Source: Nemertoderma westbladi (Eukaryota > Animalia > Xenacoelomorpha). From it: a stretch of DNA of 64,000 nucleotides. The notes beneath the pieces were generated by a model, which saw only the letters and a list, made by a program, of their open reading frames with translations, was not told where the DNA came from and ran no database searches. How positions within the stretch are numbered: the stretch's first letter is position 1; every line of letters begins with the position of its first letter. This document shows positions 63,373 through 64,000 of this stretch, piece by piece. Made by a program: the position numbers and the translations under genes. Location: positions 55,353 to 119,352 of the forward strand of contig JAUCBJ010003424.1 of NCBI GenBank assembly GCA_032718475.1. Direction: 5' to 3'.

Positions 63373-64000
63373 AAACAATAAATTAATTATTTTATTCAAT
63401 ACAGTAATTATAACAGTAAAATGCAATGTATTCTATTTTTTAGTAAAATCAAGAGACAGGAGGGGGGTGGGACTGGACGCAAATCCCATCTTGGCGAATT
63501 AATATCCCGCCTCAATATTAATTTCTCAATTTTGGGAAAGGAGCAGGTTACAGTGGCACGTTATTTTAACCAAAACAATAAAGTAAACACAATAGAACAG
63601 GTTACAGTTTTATTTTTTAATGAGTAATTATTTGCGTTTGTTGTTATTTGCGTCCAATTTCCGCTGGAGAGGGATGAATTTTTATTGCGTCCAGTCCCCC
63701 CCCCCCCCCCCCCCCTATCTTGAAATCAAATACCAAAAATATATTTATTATATGAACAATCTATTTGGAAATTGTAAGTTCGGCCTATCTCTTTACCATA
63801 AGCTCAGTATCTTTATCTGGTGTGTTTTTATTATTTTACCAATTATTTAATACGTTTGATAGAATTGAACAACACCGCCCAACACAACCAACTCTCTATC
63901 CGCCTCGAGCTGTCGAGCATCGAGAATACGAGAAACTCGATCGAAATACCTGCTTATCCCAGTAGTATCCGTCCATAGGCACCAAACCGCTGCGGTCCAA

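Noticed and set aside
52998-63582. Shared GGGAAAGGAGCAGGTTACA segment at ~52999 and ~63534
   Set aside because: Probably two decayed copies of a dispersed repeat, with boundaries too unclear to annotate.
51173-63716. Many poly-C/poly-G runs as G-quadruplex signals
   Set aside because: Homopolymer runs inside TE copies; lengths are unreliable and no consistent context was seen.

Overview
Repeat-rich, apparently gene-free eukaryotic (metazoan-like) DNA. 1-~13.26 kb: a BEL/Pao LTR retrotransposon whose 5' end lies outside the window. It has a doubly frameshifted gag, an intact pol (PR-RT-RNaseH-IN), and at the env position an extra intact 1241-aa ORF that reads as an RNase D/WRN-type DEDDy 3'-5' exonuclease followed by three CCHC zinc knuckles. 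The same element carries 11 copies of a ~21-bp quasi-palindromic motif spread through coding and non-coding parts, splice-like signals and stem-loops before ORF2, and a tRNA-like Pol III A/B box inside its putative 3' LTR. 14.46-19.83 kb: 66-bp satellite. 20.05-48.06 kb: 28-kb 18-bp satellite (GTTCATTCCATTCTGATA) with layered variant domains; its many ORFs are artefacts. 48-64 kb: nested TE debris, including tRNA-derived SINEs, 36- and 57-bp minisatellites, a decayed Penelope-like element, hAT- and piggyBac-type MITEs, Helitron/HINE-like repeats and a second BEL/Pao fragment. All domain and family calls come from motif recognition by eye; no database search was run.
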